In this document: in pieces, positions 37,442-41,433 of the stretch
How the letters are laid out: the number at the start of each line of letters is the position of its first letter
How positions within the stretch are numbered: position 1 is the first letter of the stretch
Assembly: GCA_020051075.1 (NCBI GenBank)
Contig: JAGVJP010000082.1
Location: forward strand, 1 to 41,433
Direction: 5' to 3'
Source: Parachlamydiales bacterium
Lineage (GTDB): Bacteria; Chlamydiota; Chlamydiia; Chlamydiales; Parachlamydiaceae
DNA: 41,433 nt
Made by a program: the position numbers and the translations under genes
Notes under the pieces: generated by a model
What the model was told of the DNA's origin: nothing
Databases searched by the model: none
What the model saw: the letters and a program-made list of their open reading frames with translations, nothing else

Positions 37442-38383
37442 CTAAATTTTCTTTAAAACAAGAAAATGCATTCCTGGACAAATCCAAGAGTCTTGGTCTT
37501 CTAAATAAACTTGCAATTCTTCATATGCCTTTGAGAAGTCGACTGAAACGTCATATCCGTTATGTAAAATACCCAACAACAGCAGGGCATGATTAAAATA
37601 GCGTTTGCGGTCTTGTTCACTTTTAAATCGAATCCCCTCCTCTAAACGATTGCCTTGCACGTCAAGGCTTGTTCGTGCGACTTCGTAAAGGTTGTTGAGG
37701 GAATGATTTCCATTTTGCAAATCCTCTAAAATTTCGATTGTAATACGCCGATTTCCGTTGAGTGTTGCTTTGTTGTGTTCATTATGTTGACGAGAGGCGT
37801 CTTCCACTGAAGGAATTTCATGAGAACACCTCTTTGCAGGATCGTACGAGTCGATGATAATGACGTATCCATCCTGTTTCAGATATTGATGAGCGAGTTG
37901 AAGTGCGAGTCTGGGGTTTTTGAGATGCTGCAACGTCAGTCGAAATAAAACAGCGTCAAATTGATTCGTATAGAGTTCATTCTCCTCTTCCGCATCTCCT
38001 TCCACAAAGACTAATCCTGAGCAACCAAATTGAGCATTTGACTGCTCAACAAATGAGGATTGTTTTTCGACGCCCAAGTATTTTTTATCTTTGAAGGTCT
38101 CAGAAAGCCGAGAGAGATAAGCGCCATTCCCGCTGCCTAGCTCTAAAACCATTTGTGCTGTTGTCCACGCTGGTTCATCAGCTAACAGCTCAGCTTCATG
38201 ACTGAAAAAGAGATCTGCTTGACCCTTTAAAAAATAGTTCCACAAATCTGATAGATCTGCCGCTTGGAGAGTTTCTGCGCAGGTCTGTTGATCATAGTCG
38301 ACCAAGCGGTCTAAGCGCATTTCTGCTCCTAAACCGAACAAGGAAAGAAGAAAACACATGAAAAATTTAGAGAACTTACTCAT
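37442..38383 (-). CDS. Class I SAM-dependent methyltransferase with predicted signal peptide
   Basis: VLELGSGNG, FDAVLFRLTLQHL and a hydrophobic N-terminus. Confidence 0.85.
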   Translation of the reverse strand: MSKFSKFFMCFLLSLFGLGAEMRLDRLVDYDQQTCAETLQAADLSDLWNYFLKGQADLFFSHEAELLADEPAWTTAQMVLELGSGNGAYLSRLSETFKDKKYLGVEKQSSFVEQSNAQFGCSGLVFVEGDAEEENELYTNQFDAVLFRLTLQHLKNPRLALQLAHQYLKQDGYVIIIDSYDPAKRCSHEIPSVEDASRQHNEHNKATLNGNRRITIEILEDLQNGNHSLNNLYEVARTSLDVQGNRLEEGIRFKSEQDRKRYFNHALLLLGILHNGYDVSVDFSKAYEELQVYLEDQDSWICPGMHFLVLKKI

Positions 38384-38394
38384 ATAATCCTTAT

Positions 38395-39354
38395 TTATCT
38401 TGCACTGGCATGGAGTTTAATCTGTTTAATGAGAAAATTGTCGAAGGAGGAATTGGGGACATGTCCCATGCCTTCAACGAGAAGGTATTTCGATCCTTTG
38501 ATTGCTTTGGATAGAGCCTCGCCATGATCTGGGCGAAATACAGGATCTTCAGACCCTTGCAGAATTAACGTTGGAACCTGAATTTGATAGGGAACTTCGA
38601 GCACTAAGTCTTCAGAGAGAGCGCTTGCTAAAAAATGATTCTGTTGTACGTCTGGACGCTGCAAACGTGAAAGAGACTCTCGAAAAAGAGAATAATATAG
38701 TCCTTTATCAAAAGGGGCAACCGAACCGCTCAATAAGTGCCAGATGGCCACTTGTTGCTCCAAATGCTCTTCAACCGTTGTAGAACCACTTTGGAAAAAC
38801 TGTTCGACCCAGGAGAGGTAATGTTCTGAAGGGCTTGAAACAAGGCTTGTTTCAGAAGGCTTTCCACTCAAAGCCAGATTCATCGGGCGAACATCGCTTG
38901 TTGAGGCCATGATGGCGATTGTATGAACCCTATCAGGGAAGCGGGCTGCCATAACTTCAGCAACAAGGGCTCCCATCGAAATGCCAAAGAGATGAGTTTT
39001 TTTCACATCTAAGAAGTCCAGCAGCCCAACCGCATCTTTGGATATATCAATCAGGTCATAAGGATTCTTTGCAAAGTTAAAACATGTGGAAAGGCCTGTG
39101 TCGCGATGGTCATAACGGATGACATAGAACCCTTCTCTTGCGAGTTGCTCGCAAAACTCGACAGGCCACAACACTCCTTGACAATTCCCTCCCATAATCA
39201 GTAACAAGGCAGGATCGTCTTGATTGCCAAATGTTTCATACCAGAGGTTGATCCCATTGGCTTTTGCGATTTTTCCTTCTCCTCCTGCTAATGGAGCTGC
39301 AAAAAATATCACTAACAACACTGAAAACAATCTCGAAAATAACTTCATAAACAA
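38395..39354 (-). CDS. Alpha/beta hydrolase (RdmC/EstT-like esterase group) with predicted signal peptide
   Basis: LLLIMG, IRYDHRDTGLS, nucleophile GISMG, GSEDP, GMGH. Confidence 0.88.
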   Translation of the reverse strand: MFMKLFSRLFSVLLVIFFAAPLAGGEGKIAKANGINLWYETFGNQDDPALLLIMGGNCQGVLWPVEFCEQLAREGFYVIRYDHRDTGLSTCFNFAKNPYDLIDISKDAVGLLDFLDVKKTHLFGISMGALVAEVMAARFPDRVHTIAIMASTSDVRPMNLALSGKPSETSLVSSPSEHYLSWVEQFFQSGSTTVEEHLEQQVAIWHLLSGSVAPFDKGLYYSLFRESLSRLQRPDVQQNHFLASALSEDLVLEVPYQIQVPTLILQGSEDPVFRPDHGEALSKAIKGSKYLLVEGMGHVPNSSFDNFLIKQIKLHASAR

Positions 39355-39466
39355 TCCATCCTTTGAATTTTTTTTACCCGCTTATCCTATCCACAGGATA
39401 GTGCTGTCAATTAGATGCCGGTATTACTTGGCTTCATTTGTCTTTTTCTTGTCATCTATCTTGAAT

Positions 39467-39675
39467 ATGATCGGTTTTTCGATATTTTCGGAAAAGACCT
39501 TTTGTAGATAAATGAACCGGAAATACATCAGCTACTGGTAAACGTGGAGCATCATTGACTGTTTGTGTTCATGTAATCAATAAACATACACCTTCAACAT
39601 GTTTTATTCTTTTGTGTTTTAATAGGATCTATTAGAATATTGCTGATATCGAATTTTTCAAATGGTTGCTGAAAA
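39467..39675. repeat. Divergent intergenic module, copy 2
   Basis: Homologous to 29114-29347. Confidence 0.8.
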
Positions 39676-39748
39676 TACAAAGAACGGCGGGCGGCAGAAG
39701 AATTTTGAGCCTACTAATCAACTCAAGAAAGACATTTAATACTATTGG

Positions 39749-41428
39749 ATGAAAATGGATTTGAACACACAAGAATTGATTGATATCATTGCTAAGGGAG
39801 AAGCGCTGAAAGTCGAATTTAAGAGTGATCTGAAGCAATTACCGGATCGAGAGCTTATTGCGACTGTGATGAATCTCTCAAACACTGAAGGCGGTGATTT
39901 ATTGCTCGGTGTGGAAGATGATGGATCGGTTACCGGCTTGCATGCGAATCACCTTAATACGATGGGAATCGTTGCCTTAATAGCTAATAAAACCAACCCA
40001 CCTGTTTCTGTTAAAATTGAGACTTATGATATTGGGGACAAAAAAGTTGCTCGCATCCGCGTGCCTAAGTCGCGACAGTTAGTTTCAACCTCTGAAGGTC
40101 TTTTACAACGTCGTCGATTGATGGCAAATGGAAAACCGGAAGCGGTCCCATTTTACCCTCATGAGTTTATTCAGAGACAGTCTGCTCTAGGTTTAATTGA
40201 CCCCTCTGCCATGCCTGTGATGGAACTTACGGCTAATGATCTAAACCCTTTAGAACGTCAACGAATTAGAGAAGCTGTTCAGCTTTATCGAGGGGATGCG
40301 GCTTTGTTATCTTTGACAGATGAGGAATTAGATGGGGCTTTAGGTTTGGTTGTTACTGTTGAGGGAGTTCGGCATCCAACATTAGCCGGATTATTGATGA
40401 TTGGAAGAGAGGAAGCTTTACGACAGTACCTCCCTTCACATGAAATTGCTTTCCAAGTACTGGAAGGAACTGAAGTTCGGATGAATGAATTTTTTAGAAA
40501 ACCACTCTTACAAGTGTTTGAGGAAATAGAGCGACTATTTGCTGCAAGGATAACAGAAAAAGAATTTGAGTTTGGTTTATTCCGAGTACCGGTACCCAAT
40601 TTCGATAAAAGAGCCTTTAGAGAAGCGTTTGTGAACGCTTTGGTTCATAGAGATTATTCCCGACTTGGCGCAATACACGTGCAAATCGATGACAACGGTT
40701 TATCGATTTCTAATCCAGGCTGTTTTGTGGATGGGGTAACCTTAGATAATCTTCTCGTGACAAAGCCTCATTCTCGGAACCCTCTTTTAGCGGATATGAG
40801 CAAACGCGTTGGCCTTTCTGAACGAACAGGGAGAGGAATTGATCGTATCTATGAAGGTTTGTTGCGTTATGGGCGTCCAGCACCCGATTACTCCCGTTCC
40901 AACAGCAGTTCAGTGATCGTACAGATGAGTAGCACTGAGGGTGATATGGCTTTTTTAGAAATGATTTTGCATGAAGAGAAGCGCATCGGGCATCCTTTGC
41001 CGCTTGATGGCCTAATTATTCTTTCTCGCTTGTGTCACGAAAGGCGTTTAACCACGATAGATTTAACTCATTCCACTCAAAAATCAGAGCAAGAAACACG
41101 AGTCACTCTAGGCAAACTTGTTGAGTCTGGATTAATCGAAGCTCATGGCACTGGAAGAGGGCGTACTTATACACTAAGTGCAAAGTTATATCAAAAAATA
41201 GGGCAAAAAGCTGGATATGTGCGGCAAACCGGATTCGATCTTATACAACAAGAACAAATGATACTAAGCTACATCAAAGAACATAAAATGATCAGGCGCG
41301 GGGAAGCTGCTGATTTATGCCGCATTAGTCTTTTTCAAGCTAACCGGCTCTTAAAAAAGCTAACTGATGCGGAGTTAATCATCCCAAGAGGAACAGGGAA
41401 AGGAACATTTTATGAGCGCCGCACGTAA
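39749..41428 (+). CDS. AlbA_2 (Schlafen-like) + HATPase_c_4 (RecG-C-like) + winged-helix protein
   Basis: GE...VEFK, N.EGG.LL.GV.D.G, REAFVNALVHRDY, SRNPLLA, ERTGRGI and two C-terminal wHTH ends (G.GRG..Y). Confidence 0.88.
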   Translation: MKMDLNTQELIDIIAKGEALKVEFKSDLKQLPDRELIATVMNLSNTEGGDLLLGVEDDGSVTGLHANHLNTMGIVALIANKTNPPVSVKIETYDIGDKKVARIRVPKSRQLVSTSEGLLQRRRLMANGKPEAVPFYPHEFIQRQSALGLIDPSAMPVMELTANDLNPLERQRIREAVQLYRGDAALLSLTDEELDGALGLVVTVEGVRHPTLAGLLMIGREEALRQYLPSHEIAFQVLEGTEVRMNEFFRKPLLQVFEEIERLFAARITEKEFEFGLFRVPVPNFDKRAFREAFVNALVHRDYSRLGAIHVQIDDNGLSISNPGCFVDGVTLDNLLVTKPHSRNPLLADMSKRVGLSERTGRGIDRIYEGLLRYGRPAPDYSRSNSSSVIVQMSSTEGDMAFLEMILHEEKRIGHPLPLDGLIILSRLCHERRLTTIDLTHSTQKSEQETRVTLGKLVESGLIEAHGTGRGRTYTLSAKLYQKIGQKAGYVRQTGFDLIQQEQMILSYIKEHKMIRRGEAADLCRISLFQANRLLKKLTDAELIIPRGTGKGTFYERRT

Positions 41429-41433
41429 AATAC

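Noticed and set aside
39381..39412. cttatcctatccacaggatag as a DnaA box or full repeat element
   Set aside because: Isolated one-mismatch box. More simply a tiny remnant of the A/B repeat arms, too short to classify.

Overview
Chromosomal window from what is most likely an environmental member of the Chlamydiae (Parachlamydiales-like), judged from the chlamydial gene neighbourhoods psd-mnmE-nth, dusB-yggT-three conserved hypotheticals and glmU-like-ispA-recA. The left half (1-18.6 kb) is mostly core genes plus a B12-dependent class II ribonucleotide reductase preceded by tandem NrdR boxes, with a few accessory ORFs between them. A candidate replication origin lies at 15501-15826: it has DnaA boxes, an AT-rich centre, and the + strand appears to shift from C-rich to G-rich near it. 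The right half (18.7-41.4 kb) is a plasticity zone with efflux pumps, detoxification-type enzymes, pseudogenes, an IS5/IS903 scrap, a tRNA-Pro 3'-half (att-like) and repeated island-junction sequences. The most striking unexplained structure is a set of intergenic palindromic or tandem elements built from 8-9 bp periodic units. There are five unit types; several copies start at or overlap gene 3' ends, one family keeps a fixed polarity, and they border many of the accessory genes. No cognate transposase or recombinase is encoded in the window. All calls were made by eye; no database searches were run.
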